Source of the DNA: an uncultured Gemmatimonadales bacterium
GTDB taxonomy: Bacteria; Gemmatimonadota; Gemmatimonadetes; Gemmatimonadales; GWC2-71-9
NCBI GenBank assembly: GCA_963825055.1
Contig: CAWGSK010000013.1
Location: 1-64,000, forward strand
Length of the DNA stretch: 64,000 nucleotides
Direction: 5' to 3'
How positions within the stretch are numbered: position 1 is the first letter of the stretch; the number at the start of each line of letters is the position of its first letter. The notes under the pieces are model-generated. The model was not told the origin of the DNA. It worked only from the letters and a program-made list of their open reading frames with translations, and made no database searches. This document shows positions 11,599-21,784 of this stretch, in pieces. The translations under genes and the position numbers were made by a program.

Positions 11599-11952
11599 AT
11601 GAACGGCCTGCGCAACGTGGTGAATTCCCTGGCGGCCCGCGAGGCCGCCGAGGTGGTCCTGGTGGTGAGCGCCGACGGTCTCCCGATCGACCAGAGCGGC
11701 GAGACCCGGGTGGACCTTGACGCCCTGGCGGCGCTGGTGCCCTCCCTCGTCGAGGCCGCCGACCGTCTTGCCGAAGCCAACGGCTGGGACCGGGTCGGCT
11801 CCGCCGTGCTCGAGTACGGCGACCGCCTGCTGGTCGTCACGGTCCTGCGGGACGGCATCCACCTGGTCACCGTCGCCCGGCCCGGCGGCAACATCGGCGA
11901 ACTCCTGTTCGACCTCGACCGCCACCGCCCCGCCATCGCCGCGCTCCTGTGA
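11599..11952 (+). CDS. Roadblock/LC7 (MglB-like) protein
   Basis: VVLVVSADGLPID..ALAAL..AVLEYGDRLLVV..NIGELL, 117 aa. Confidence 0.85.
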   Translation: MNGLRNVVNSLAAREAAEVVLVVSADGLPIDQSGETRVDLDALAALVPSLVEAADRLAEANGWDRVGSAVLEYGDRLLVVTVLRDGIHLVTVARPGGNIGELLFDLDRHRPAIAALL

Positions 11953-11983
11953 ACGTCCTCGCGAGCCCGGCAGTGGAGGCGGC

Positions 11984-13012
11984 ATGAGGTGGGCCGTCAT
12001 CCTTGCCGGCGGGTCCGGCACCCGGTTCTGGCCCCTCAGCACCCCGACGCGCCCCAAGCAGGTCCTCCCCCTCGTGGGCGAACACTCGACCGCCGAGGAG
12101 GCCGTCGCCCGTCTCGAGGGCCTGGTGGCCCGCGAACGCATCCTGCTGGTCACCGGGGCAGCCCTGGCTGACCAGCTCCGACCGCTGCTCGGCCTCCCGG
12201 GGGAAAACGTCCTGGTGGAGCCGCGGGCGGCCTCCACCGCCCCAGCCCTCTACTGGGCCACCCACGAGGCGCACCGGCGCGACCCTGACGCGGACATCCT
12301 CTCACTCCATGCCGACTGGGCGGTGGGCGACCCGGGCTCATTCCGGATGGCGGCGGCGCTGGCGCTGGAGACTGCACGCCGGCACCGATCGCTGGTGACG
12401 GTCGGCGTCGTACCGACCCGTCCGGAGACCGGATTCGGATACATCGTCCCCGGCCCCGCACTGGACGAAGTCGCCCATCACGTGGCGCGCTTCAGTGAGA
12501 AGCCCGACGCGGCCACCGCGCTCGATCTCATGGCCGAGGGGGCGCTCTGGAACTCCGGCCTGTTCGCGTGGACGGCCGTGGACCTCCGTGAGCAGGTTAT
12601 CCGCCACACGCCCGAGCTCGCGCCACACATCCCGCTGCTCGACCAGGGCGACGTGGCCGGCTTCTTCAAGGCGGTGACACCGGTCTCCATCGACGTCGGC
12701 CTGCTCGAGCGGAGCACCCGGGTCGCGGTGGTGCCCGGCTCATTCCCCTGGGACGACGTCGGTACCTGGGACGCGCTGTCCCGCGTCCGCCAGCGCGACG
12801 CGGTCGGCAACGTCAGCCATGGCCCGGTCTTCCTGGAGGAGACGGAAGACTGCGTGGTCTGGTCGGACGATGACCCCATCGTCTGTTTCGGAGTGAGGGA
12901 CCTCGTCGTGGTCCGCGCCAACGGACGCGTACTCGTGGCGCACCGGCAGCGGGCGGCCGACCTCAAGAAGCTGCTGGAGCGGCTGCCTGAAGACGTGCGG
13001 GAGCTGGAGTAG
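11984..13012 (+). CDS. manC: Mannose-1-phosphate guanylyltransferase
   Basis: VILAGGSGTRFWPLS..PKQ, PETGFGYI, FSEKPD, WNSG, WDDVGTW. Confidence 0.88.
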   Translation: MRWAVILAGGSGTRFWPLSTPTRPKQVLPLVGEHSTAEEAVARLEGLVARERILLVTGAALADQLRPLLGLPGENVLVEPRAASTAPALYWATHEAHRRDPDADILSLHADWAVGDPGSFRMAAALALETARRHRSLVTVGVVPTRPETGFGYIVPGPALDEVAHHVARFSEKPDAATALDLMAEGALWNSGLFAWTAVDLREQVIRHTPELAPHIPLLDQGDVAGFFKAVTPVSIDVGLLERSTRVAVVPGSFPWDDVGTWDALSRVRQRDAVGNVSHGPVFLEETEDCVVWSDDDPIVCFGVRDLVVVRANGRVLVAHRQRAADLKKLLERLPEDVRELE

Positions 13013-13014
13013 GC

Positions 13015-14172
13015 ATGGAACTGCACCTGATCGATCCCGAGCGCGGTCCCCGCTGGCATCCATTCGTGGGCGTCCGGCCCATCGCCGAGTTGCGGGCCGG
13101 GGCGTGGCGGATCCGGGAGCGCTGGGAACGGCTGCTGGGGCTCAAGGCCGCGGCGGTCCGTGCCCCGGCGTGCGCGGATTTTTTCGAACTGGACGAACCG
13201 CCCTGCCTCCCCGATGATGTGGTGGACGGGCCAGCGGTCGTCGTCCGGAGCGATTTCGCGCCCGCGGTCGTGCCATTCACGCTGGACGATACCACGGGCC
13301 GGCTCGTGCACGATGGCGAAGTGGTCGGCTGGGTCGTCGGCCGGGGCAAGCGCTGGTCCGTGATCGACGAGGGCCATGCGCAGGAGGTGCCCGGGCATCT
13401 GGTCAACGGGACGGTGGGCCTGCTGGACGCCCTGGAACAATTTCTTCCGGACGACTGCCGCATCCTCCTCGACGAGCTTGGGCGGGCGGTGCCGGATGAC
13501 GCGATCATCCTGGGTGACCGGAACCTGATCGCCGCGGGGGAGGCAAGGGTGGAGCCCGGGGTGGTGTTCGACGTCCGGGATGGTCCGGTGGCGCTGGCGG
13601 CCGGAGTGGAGGTGCGCCACGGGACGCGGCTCACCGGTCCGCTCGCGGTGGGCCCGGGTACGCGTCTCGTCGGAGGAGACATCCGCACCTCGGCCATCGG
13701 CCCGCGGTGCGTGGTGCGGGGCGAGGTCGCGGGGAGCTGCTTCATCGGGTATGCGAACAAGGCACACGACGGTTTTGTCGGGAACTCCATCCTGGGGCAC
13801 TGGGTGAACCTGGGCGCGCTGACCACCACATCCAACCTCAAGAACACCTATGGCAACGTGCGGCTGGTGGCGGACGGCACCACGATAGACACCGGCCGGA
13901 TGTTCGTCGGCAGCCTGATCGGCGATCACGCCAAGACAGCCATCGGCACCATGCTCTCCACGGGGACCGTCATCGGGGCGGGCGCCAACGTGTTCGGTGG
14001 GAGCTCACCGAAATGGGTCAATCCCTTCGCGTGGGGGAGCAGCGGCGCCGAGCGGATGAGCGAGGAAGGGTTCCTGCGGGTGGCGGGCCGGGTCATGCCA
14101 CGGCGGGACATCGAGGTCACCGACCGCCACGTCGTCAGCCTTCGCGCCATCTACCGCCGCTACCACCCTTGA
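13015..14172 (+). CDS. GlmU-like putative sugar nucleotidyltransferase with hexapeptide repeats
   Basis: RPIAELRAG, NKAHDGFVGNS, WVNLGA, SNLKNTY, GDHAKTAIG. Confidence 0.85.
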   Translation: MELHLIDPERGPRWHPFVGVRPIAELRAGAWRIRERWERLLGLKAAAVRAPACADFFELDEPPCLPDDVVDGPAVVVRSDFAPAVVPFTLDDTTGRLVHDGEVVGWVVGRGKRWSVIDEGHAQEVPGHLVNGTVGLLDALEQFLPDDCRILLDELGRAVPDDAIILGDRNLIAAGEARVEPGVVFDVRDGPVALAAGVEVRHGTRLTGPLAVGPGTRLVGGDIRTSAIGPRCVVRGEVAGSCFIGYANKAHDGFVGNSILGHWVNLGALTTTSNLKNTYGNVRLVADGTTIDTGRMFVGSLIGDHAKTAIGTMLSTGTVIGAGANVFGGSSPKWVNPFAWGSSGAERMSEEGFLRVAGRVMPRRDIEVTDRHVVSLRAIYRRYHP

Positions 14173-14978
14173 CCTGCCTCTACGTCCTCGGGTCGGGCAG
14201 CCGCGGCAACTGCTTCGCGCTCGCGTCCGACGGAGCGGTGCTGCTCATTGATGCGGGATTCAGCTGCCGCGAGATCGAGCGTCGCGCGGTGGTGGCCGGA
14301 CTGGACCTGGCCGGCCTCGTCGGCGTCGTCATCACCCATGAGCACGGCGACCACGCCGCAGGCGTCCCGCGCCTCGTCCAGCGCCGCCCCGTGCCGGTGC
14401 TCTCCTCCCGCGGCACCTGGTCCCGCCTTCACGAGCGCGCGCCGCACGCCCGCCATGTCGTCCTCGGCATGCGGGAGTCGGTGGTCCTCGGCCCCTTCAC
14501 CGTCACCGCCTGCCCCACCAGCCATGACGCCGCCGAACCGCTCGCCATCGCCGTCGAGTGCGACAGCGGGACCCGGTTGGGCGTGGCCTACGACCTCGGC
14601 CGCCCGACGGCCGCCGTGCGCTACCTCCTGCGGGACGCGCACGCGCTCATCCTCGAGGCCAACCACGACGAGGTGCTCCTCCGCACCAGCGGCTACCCGC
14701 CCTCGGTGCAGCAGCGGATCGCGGGCTCGGGCGGCCATCTCTCCAACCGGGCCGCCGCCGAGCTGCTGCGCGAGCTCTGCCACGAGGACCTCGCCCACGT
14801 GGTGCTGGCGCACCTGAGCGAGCGGTGCAATTCGCTGGAGTGCGCCCGGGCGGAGGTCTCCGCGGCGCTCGAGGAGCTCGGGTACAGTGGACGGCTGCAC
14901 ATCGCCGACCAGGCGGTGCCGCTGGAGCCGATGGAGATACGGGGGAACAGGGCGGTTGTAGAACAGGGCGGACGTTGA
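14169..14978 (+). CDS. MBL-fold metallo-hydrolase (YycJ-like)
   Basis: LGSGSRGN, IDAG, THEHGDH, HDA, EANHD, GHLSN, HLS. Confidence 0.9.
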   Translation: MTCLYVLGSGSRGNCFALASDGAVLLIDAGFSCREIERRAVVAGLDLAGLVGVVITHEHGDHAAGVPRLVQRRPVPVLSSRGTWSRLHERAPHARHVVLGMRESVVLGPFTVTACPTSHDAAEPLAIAVECDSGTRLGVAYDLGRPTAAVRYLLRDAHALILEANHDEVLLRTSGYPPSVQQRIAGSGGHLSNRAAAELLRELCHEDLAHVVLAHLSERCNSLECARAEVSAALEELGYSGRLHIADQAVPLEPMEIRGNRAVVEQGGR

Positions 14979-15095
14979 CAGGGCGGACTGGCGGACGGGC
15001 GGTCAGGCGGACAGGGCGGACGAGAACAGGACGGACGGTCCGCCCTTTTTACGTCCGCCCTCTTCGCGTCCGCCCTTCTTACTTCCGCCCTTTCG
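14947..15095. repeat. Inverted arms of GGCGGAC/GTCCGCC-core repeats (8- and 15-mer periods) between convergent genes
   Basis: acagggcgg at 14947, 14963, 14978, 15011; tccgccct every 15 nt at 15039, 15054, 15069, 15084. Confidence 0.85.
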
Positions 15096-15501
15096 GCACC
15101 GGCGGCGCCTCCGGCACCTCCACACCCTCGGGCCTCGGCGTAAACGCCCCTGTCCGGTTGAACAGGATCGGTTCGGTCAGGTCGCCGCCGGAGAGCGTCA
15201 TGCGGTCGCCCTTCACCTTCAGCGTGTAGATCTCCCACTCGCCGCCCAGGGCGATCCAGATCCTGTCATCCACTATCCGCCAGCGGACGATCTCCTCGCC
15301 GTAGCTGGCGCTGCTGTCGGGCCGGATGATGACGATCCGGGGGCCCTCCTTCTTCGTCCCCTGCTTGAGGTCGAACTTCCAGGTCCCGACGATGTCCACG
15401 GCCTTCGCGCCGGTCTGGGCCATGGCCGGGGAGGCTGACAGGACGGACAGGGCGGTCAGGGCGGACAGGACGGTCACGGCGGTCAGGCGTTTCACGTGCA
15501 T
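15079..15501 (-). CDS. Secreted hypothetical protein (lipocalin-like IVGTW motif)
   Basis: signal peptide ending AMA-Q, then DIVGTWKF; GAGG RBS. Confidence 0.75.
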   Translation of the reverse strand: MHVKRLTAVTVLSALTALSVLSASPAMAQTGAKAVDIVGTWKFDLKQGTKKEGPRIVIIRPDSSASYGEEIVRWRIVDDRIWIALGGEWEIYTLKVKGDRMTLSGGDLTEPILFNRTGAFTPRPEGVEVPEAPPVPKGRK

Positions 15502-15622
15502 TCCTCGTTGTGCTGTCCGATGGTGGCGACAGGTGTCGCCGTGCGTGTCCCCGGGCGGCGACTGATTGCGGCCACCGGGCCCGGCGGGTACCAGGGTAAC
15601 AAGTTTAATGCCGCGAAACGGT

Positions 15623-15651
15623 AACGCCCCGGACGTGGTGTCCGGGGCGTT
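15623..15651 (-). terminator. Intrinsic terminator after groEL
   Basis: aacgccccggac-gtggt-gtccggggcgtt stem. Confidence 0.7.
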
Positions 15652-15681
15652 CCGTTCCTGCGGATCCTGCCACGGCGTGGG

Positions 15682-17319
<1,638 letters not shown>

Positions 17320-17335
17320 CTAATCTCCCTGAGAG

Positions 17336-17647
17336 TCAGCCGATTTTCGCGAGAATATCGGACGCCTTGATGATGACGAGCTCGTCGCCATCCACGGTGT
17401 ACGGCGTGCCGCTGTACTTGCCGTAAATCACCTGGTCCCCAACCTGGACTTCCATCTTGACCCGCTCGCCCTTTTCCATGCGGCCGGGGCCCACCGCGAG
17501 CACCTCACCCTGGGTCGGCTTTTCCTTCGCCGTATCCGGGATGTACAGCCCGCCACGCATCGTCTCGGACTCGTCGCTCGGCATGATGACCACGCGGTCC
17601 TCGAGCGGGTGAATCTTGACCTTCGGCTTCGCCTTGGTCGTCGCCAT
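17336..17647 (-). CDS. groS: Co-chaperonin GroES
   Basis: IHPLEDRV, GGLYIPDTAKEKP; GGAGG RBS. Confidence 0.98.
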   Translation of the reverse strand: MATTKAKPKVKIHPLEDRVVIMPSDESETMRGGLYIPDTAKEKPTQGEVLAVGPGRMEKGERVKMEVQVGDQVIYGKYSGTPYTVDGDELVIIKASDILAKIG

Positions 17648-17700
17648 CTCCAATACCTCCAACCGGATTGCTGGTTAATGCTTCATTGCCGTGAAAGGCG

Positions 17701-17727
17701 TTGGCACTCGCGTTTTGAGAGTGCCAA
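17701..17727. promoter_or_regulatory. CIRCE operator (HrcA site) 1
   Basis: TTGGCACTC-N9-GAGTGCCAA upstream of groES. Confidence 0.92.
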
Positions 17728-17760
17728 TCAGGTGAAAGATAGACCCTGATCATGGCAAGT

Positions 17761-17787
17761 CAAGCACTCGGGTGATTGGAGTGCCAG
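17761..17787. promoter_or_regulatory. CIRCE operator 2
   Basis: CAAGCACTC-N9-GAGTGCCAG. Confidence 0.8.
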
Positions 17788-17828
17788 AATACGGCAAATT
17801 ATTGTGGTAAAATAGCTTATGGAGTGAA

Positions 17829-17889
17829 GCAAGTGGCGAGTGGCGAGTGGCAAGTAGAATTCCACTCGCGACTTGCCACTTGCCACTAC
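17829..17889. repeat. Heptamer hairpin (AGTGGCR)n/(GCCACTT)n
   Basis: agtggcg agtggcg agtggca ... acttgcc acttgcc act. Confidence 0.85.
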
Positions 17890-18810
17890 TCACAGCACAA
17901 ACCCCACCTCCACCCCGACATACCGGCTCTTCTCCCGGAAGAACTGCCGCTGAGTGGAGAGGCCGCTGTGCGCCAGGAGGGAGAACCGGAGTTCGCGGCC
18001 GGAGCTGCCCGGCAGGGCTACGCCGAGTCGGGCGGTGGGGCTCAGGGTCCAGTCGGTGGCGCTCCAGCCTTCCACGAACACGCCTGCCAGGGGGCGGACC
18101 GGGACACCCGCGACCTGCCCGGCCGTGCCCTGCCAGTCCACACCGAGGCTGGCGCCCCAGGCCGGCAGCTTGAGCTGGTCGATCACCACCCGGTTCAGGT
18201 TGCCGGTGATCCGCACCGGCCCAGCACGGTACCCCACCCATCCGGCCATCACGGCCCGGCTCCAGTCGAGCCGCCTCGCGTTGAACCCCTCGGCGTACTC
18301 GTCACCGAGATGGCTGCTCTCGTGATAGACCTGGAGCGTGAGGTCCCAGGCCGGGAGTTTCTTCTGGACGGTAAAGCCGACAATCCAGTCGGTGCTGATG
18401 AGGGAGCTTTTCGAGTCGTCCAGGCTGAACCTGCCGTACGCGTGGACACCGAAGCCCAGCGTAAGGGGACGGGACCCGCGCCGAAGCGCGAAGAGGGGAA
18501 ACTCCTGGCCCAGAATCGCCTCCGCCTCCCGCTCGTCCCCGAAAAGGCTCTCCCCCCGGCTCAGGAACAGGACCCGGCCGGTGAGGCCCGTAGTCCGGGG
18601 CGACGCGAGCGGATAGGAGAAGGATTCCACGTCCGGAAAGAGGCGCCTCTGGGCGGCGGCGGGCGCCGGGGCGGCGATCATGAAGACCATCATGAGGATG
18701 GTGACCGCCACGACCGGCGGTTTCCGCTTGACTTTCGCGGTACGGCCCGGAAAATTCTCCCCCGCCGGCGCGCGGAGCGCCGGGGGGCAGCACGTCGGGA
18801 AAGCGTGCAT
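17890..18810 (-). CDS. DUF1207-like outer-membrane beta-barrel protein (start uncertain)
   Basis: signal AAA-Q, YPLASPR, YHESSHLGDEY motif, amphipathic strands, terminal VGVEVGFVL. Confidence 0.75.
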   Translation of the reverse strand: MHAFPTCCPPALRAPAGENFPGRTAKVKRKPPVVAVTILMMVFMIAAPAPAAAQRRLFPDVESFSYPLASPRTTGLTGRVLFLSRGESLFGDEREAEAILGQEFPLFALRRGSRPLTLGFGVHAYGRFSLDDSKSSLISTDWIVGFTVQKKLPAWDLTLQVYHESSHLGDEYAEGFNARRLDWSRAVMAGWVGYRAGPVRITGNLNRVVIDQLKLPAWGASLGVDWQGTAGQVAGVPVRPLAGVFVEGWSATDWTLSPTARLGVALPGSSGRELRFSLLAHSGLSTQRQFFREKSRYVGVEVGFVL

Positions 18811-18907
18811 CGGGAACCTGTCGTCCTCGGAGTATGTTAGGCGTAGTGTCGGGACGGCCCAATCTAACGACGGGCCCCGCCCACCACGCCACCAACCAGG
18901 AGCCTGC

Positions 18908-20047
18908 ATGTTGATGTCCGTCCTACTGCCTGCCGTGATTCTCGCGACAGGTTCCGCCATCGTTCCGCCTGCGTCGGCCGCCGCCCATCCGGATGGTCCG
19001 GATATCTCGGTGGCGGTGGATTCGTCGAAACACGAGGTGATCATCACGGCCGGGCCCTTCGACCTGCCCAACATGCCGCCGATGGAAGATCACGCCATGA
19101 TGGACCACGGCGCGTCGCACGATACGCCGGTCCAGCATTTCGTGTGGCCGGTCGAGGGCTGGTTCCGTGGCTTCCGGCTGGAGGTGGTGGACAAGGACGG
19201 GACCGTACTTCCCCGCCACATCATGCACCACCTGATCATGGTGAACTTCGACCGCCGCCAGCTGCTCTACCAGGCGGCCGAGCGCCTGATGGGCGCGGGC
19301 ACCGAGACGGAAGACGCCTCGATCCCGAAGACGATCGGTGTGCCGCTCGAGGCGGGTACCGACCTGGGGATCTACGTAGCCTGGCACAATGACATCGGCC
19401 GCGACCTCGAGGGCGTGACGCTGCGCGTGGTGATGGAATACCTCCCCAGCAACCAGAACCCCCGTCCGCTGTCGGTGATGCCGCTGTACATGGACGTGAA
19501 CCTGCATGTCGGCGGCACCAACACCTTCGACGTCCCGCCGGGGCGCTCGGAGAAGGCATACGAGTTCACCATGCCGGTCTCCGGCCGCCTGCTCGGCGTC
19601 GGCGGCCACCTGCACGACTACGGCGTGGGCGTGCGGCTGGAGGATGCCAGGACCGGGAAGCAGCTGATCGACGTGACGTCCACGCGGGACGCGAAGGGCC
19701 GGGTCTCCAAGGTCAGCCGGAGCCTTCCGGGCGTGGCCGGGCGCGGGGTCAAGCTCGAGGCGGGCCACACGTACCGCGTGGTCGGCGTGTACGACAACCC
19801 GAAGGACGAGACGATCGTCAACGGCGCCATGGCGCACATTGTGGGGATCTTCGCCCCGGACGATCCGGCCGCCTGGCCCCAGATCGACCCCAGGAACCCG
19901 ACGTTCCAGAAGGACCTGGCGTCGCTCGAAGCGCGCGGTGGCGGCGAGGAAGATCACGAGCACATGAACCACGACGACATGGACCATGAGCACGGGTCCA
20001 CCGGACAGAAGGCGGACAGCTCGGCACACGCTCACAGCGGTCACTAG
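18908..20047 (+). CDS. Secreted copper type II (PHM/DBH-like) monooxygenase-like protein with His/Met-rich segments
   Basis: AGGAG RBS; signal peptide; MHHLIMV, AWHN, GGHLH, VYDN, GAMA motifs. Confidence 0.7.
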   Translation: MLMSVLLPAVILATGSAIVPPASAAAHPDGPDISVAVDSSKHEVIITAGPFDLPNMPPMEDHAMMDHGASHDTPVQHFVWPVEGWFRGFRLEVVDKDGTVLPRHIMHHLIMVNFDRRQLLYQAAERLMGAGTETEDASIPKTIGVPLEAGTDLGIYVAWHNDIGRDLEGVTLRVVMEYLPSNQNPRPLSVMPLYMDVNLHVGGTNTFDVPPGRSEKAYEFTMPVSGRLLGVGGHLHDYGVGVRLEDARTGKQLIDVTSTRDAKGRVSKVSRSLPGVAGRGVKLEAGHTYRVVGVYDNPKDETIVNGAMAHIVGIFAPDDPAAWPQIDPRNPTFQKDLASLEARGGGEEDHEHMNHDDMDHEHGSTGQKADSSAHAHSGH

Positions 20048-20065
20048 ACCGCGTCCGGGAAACGC

Positions 20066-20108
20066 GACGGCCCCGTTCCTCATGGAGGAGCGGGGCCGTT
20101 GTCATTTT
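20066..20108. terminator. Probable bidirectional terminator
   Basis: gacggccccgttcctc-atg-gaggagcggggccgtt between convergent genes. Confidence 0.7.
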
Positions 20109-20116
20109 CCCGGCAG

Positions 20117-21097
20117 TCACGGTACGGGAACGATGCGGCGGGCGCCGACCCAGCGACGGTACCACCAGCGGCCGTATGGGTCGTCGTCGGACAGCTGGCT
20201 CACCTGCACGCCGTCCGACGCGCTGTGGATGAAACGGCCGTCGCCCAGGTAAAGCCCCACGTGGGTCACCTGCTTGCCGGAGTTGGAGAAGGTGAGGATG
20301 TCGCCCGGCACCAGCGCCGAGAGTTTCTTCTCCACCCGCACTCCTTCCCTGGCCTGGTCCACGCTCCGGCGTGGCAGTGCCACGCCATGCGCCGAGTAGG
20401 CGTACTGGATGAGCCCGGAGCAGTCAAACCCCTCGTCCGCCGACGTCCCGCCCCACTTGTACGGGGTCCCCATGACCTCCGTGGCGGTCGCCAGCACCCC
20501 GTCCAGCACCGTGGAACCCGTCGGGACGGCCGGCGCATCCGGAAGTTCGTCCCCCGTCACGGTGGCGAGCGGCCGCCGGGGCGCCGGCGAGGTCCCGTCG
20601 GATGGTGGAAGGCGTCCTGCGCCGCCAGTCCCGCCGCCGCCGAGGGTCAGCCCGAGCCGGAGCCCGAACTCGATTCCCTCTCGCCTGGTACCGAACTCGA
20701 GCGAGCGGTAGCGCCCTTCGATCCCGAGGGTCAGCGGGTGAAAGGGCTGGAGCTCCCAGCCGAGTCCGGCCGACCACGACCCCCAGACCGATCGGTCAGC
20801 GCCGGTGGCGAGGCCGCCGGCCACGCCGCCGGTCAGGTAAGCGCCGGGGCGCCCTCCCCGGAAGAGGGTCAGGTCCAGGCCGGGCCCCCAGAGGCTCGCG
20901 GCCGAGCCTGCCTCGCCGGTGCGGCTGGCGGTGATCGAGTAGCCGAGCGGCCCCGCGAACGGGCGCCCGATACCGAGCTGGTAGCTGGTCCAGCCCGGAT
21001 CGGACAGGAGGTGGCTGACACCCAGGGTGATGTCCTGGGCCTCAGCGGGTCCGGGGAGCAGCGCCGCCACGAAGAGCAGCACGGCGGCCCGCTTCAC
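20117..21097 (-). CDS. NlpC/P60 (C40) peptidase with N-terminal beta-barrel-like domain
   Basis: GTPYKWGG, GFDCSG, HVGLYLGDGRFIHS; signal AEA-Q. Confidence 0.88.
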   Translation of the reverse strand: MKRAAVLLFVAALLPGPAEAQDITLGVSHLLSDPGWTSYQLGIGRPFAGPLGYSITASRTGEAGSAASLWGPGLDLTLFRGGRPGAYLTGGVAGGLATGADRSVWGSWSAGLGWELQPFHPLTLGIEGRYRSLEFGTRREGIEFGLRLGLTLGGGGTGGAGRLPPSDGTSPAPRRPLATVTGDELPDAPAVPTGSTVLDGVLATATEVMGTPYKWGGTSADEGFDCSGLIQYAYSAHGVALPRRSVDQAREGVRVEKKLSALVPGDILTFSNSGKQVTHVGLYLGDGRFIHSASDGVQVSQLSDDDPYGRWWYRRWVGARRIVPVP

Positions 21098-21471
21098 TGC
21101 ACCTTCCGCGTCGGGTACCCGGTTCGGAGATCCACCCGGTACGTCAGGGTGGGCCGGCAGTCCCGGTAGAGCACGGCCGAGAGCGTGGTGTCGTCCAGCA
21201 GGAGTGGCGCTTCCGCTGTGTACAGGAGGGGGACCCTGCGGAGGCTGGTGTCACGCCGGATCTCGATGACCCGCTCGAGGCAGGATGCCCCGGTACTGTC
21301 GGTCGCTTCGCGCGCGTCGGCGAGCCAGACGGTCGTGCTGTCGTCGACGGTCAACACCATGCTGTCGGGCGCCGTTGCCGCTTCGACCGTGTCGGCCGTT
21401 ACCGCACGGTCCTTCACCCCACCGCAGGCGGCGAGCAGGATGGGCAGGAGAACCCGGCCCGTCCGCGTCAC
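21094..21471 (-). CDS. Hypothetical lipoprotein
   Basis: LLPILLAAC lipobox; translational coupling. Confidence 0.75.
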   Translation of the reverse strand: MTRTGRVLLPILLAACGGVKDRAVTADTVEAATAPDSMVLTVDDSTTVWLADAREATDSTGASCLERVIEIRRDTSLRRVPLLYTAEAPLLLDDTTLSAVLYRDCRPTLTYRVDLRTGYPTRKVQ

Positions 21472-21779
21472 GAGGCGGGCGTCTCCGCCGCGTCCGTATC
21501 GTCCACAATGTCATCCAGGACGGCGATCGGCATGCCCTCCTTGGTGACCCGGAGGGCATGGCGCAATTCCGGCGAGCTCCTCAGGAAATGGATCACCACC
21601 CACAGCGCGGTGAAGCCGGCCACGGCACCACACAGTACCGTCAGCGTCAGGCCCGCTCCCGGGGAAACCGCCCTGGCCGCCAGGGTGCCGACGACCGCTC
21701 CCAGAAACGAAGCTGCCCACGCCACAAAGGGCGTGAGCAGCCAGCCGACGATCCGGAGCAGCAGCCTGCCGAGGTGCAT
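21468..21779 (-). CDS. Small membrane protein
   Basis: two TM segments, coupled to neighbours. Confidence 0.7.
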   Translation of the reverse strand: MHLGRLLLRIVGWLLTPFVAWAASFLGAVVGTLAARAVSPGAGLTLTVLCGAVAGFTALWVVIHFLRSSPELRHALRVTKEGMPIAVLDDIVDDTDAAETPAS

Positions 21780-21784
21780 TCAGC

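Noticed and set aside
18755..18905. Cobalamin or other known riboswitch
   Set aside because: GGGAA motifs are present, but the remaining consensus elements are not.
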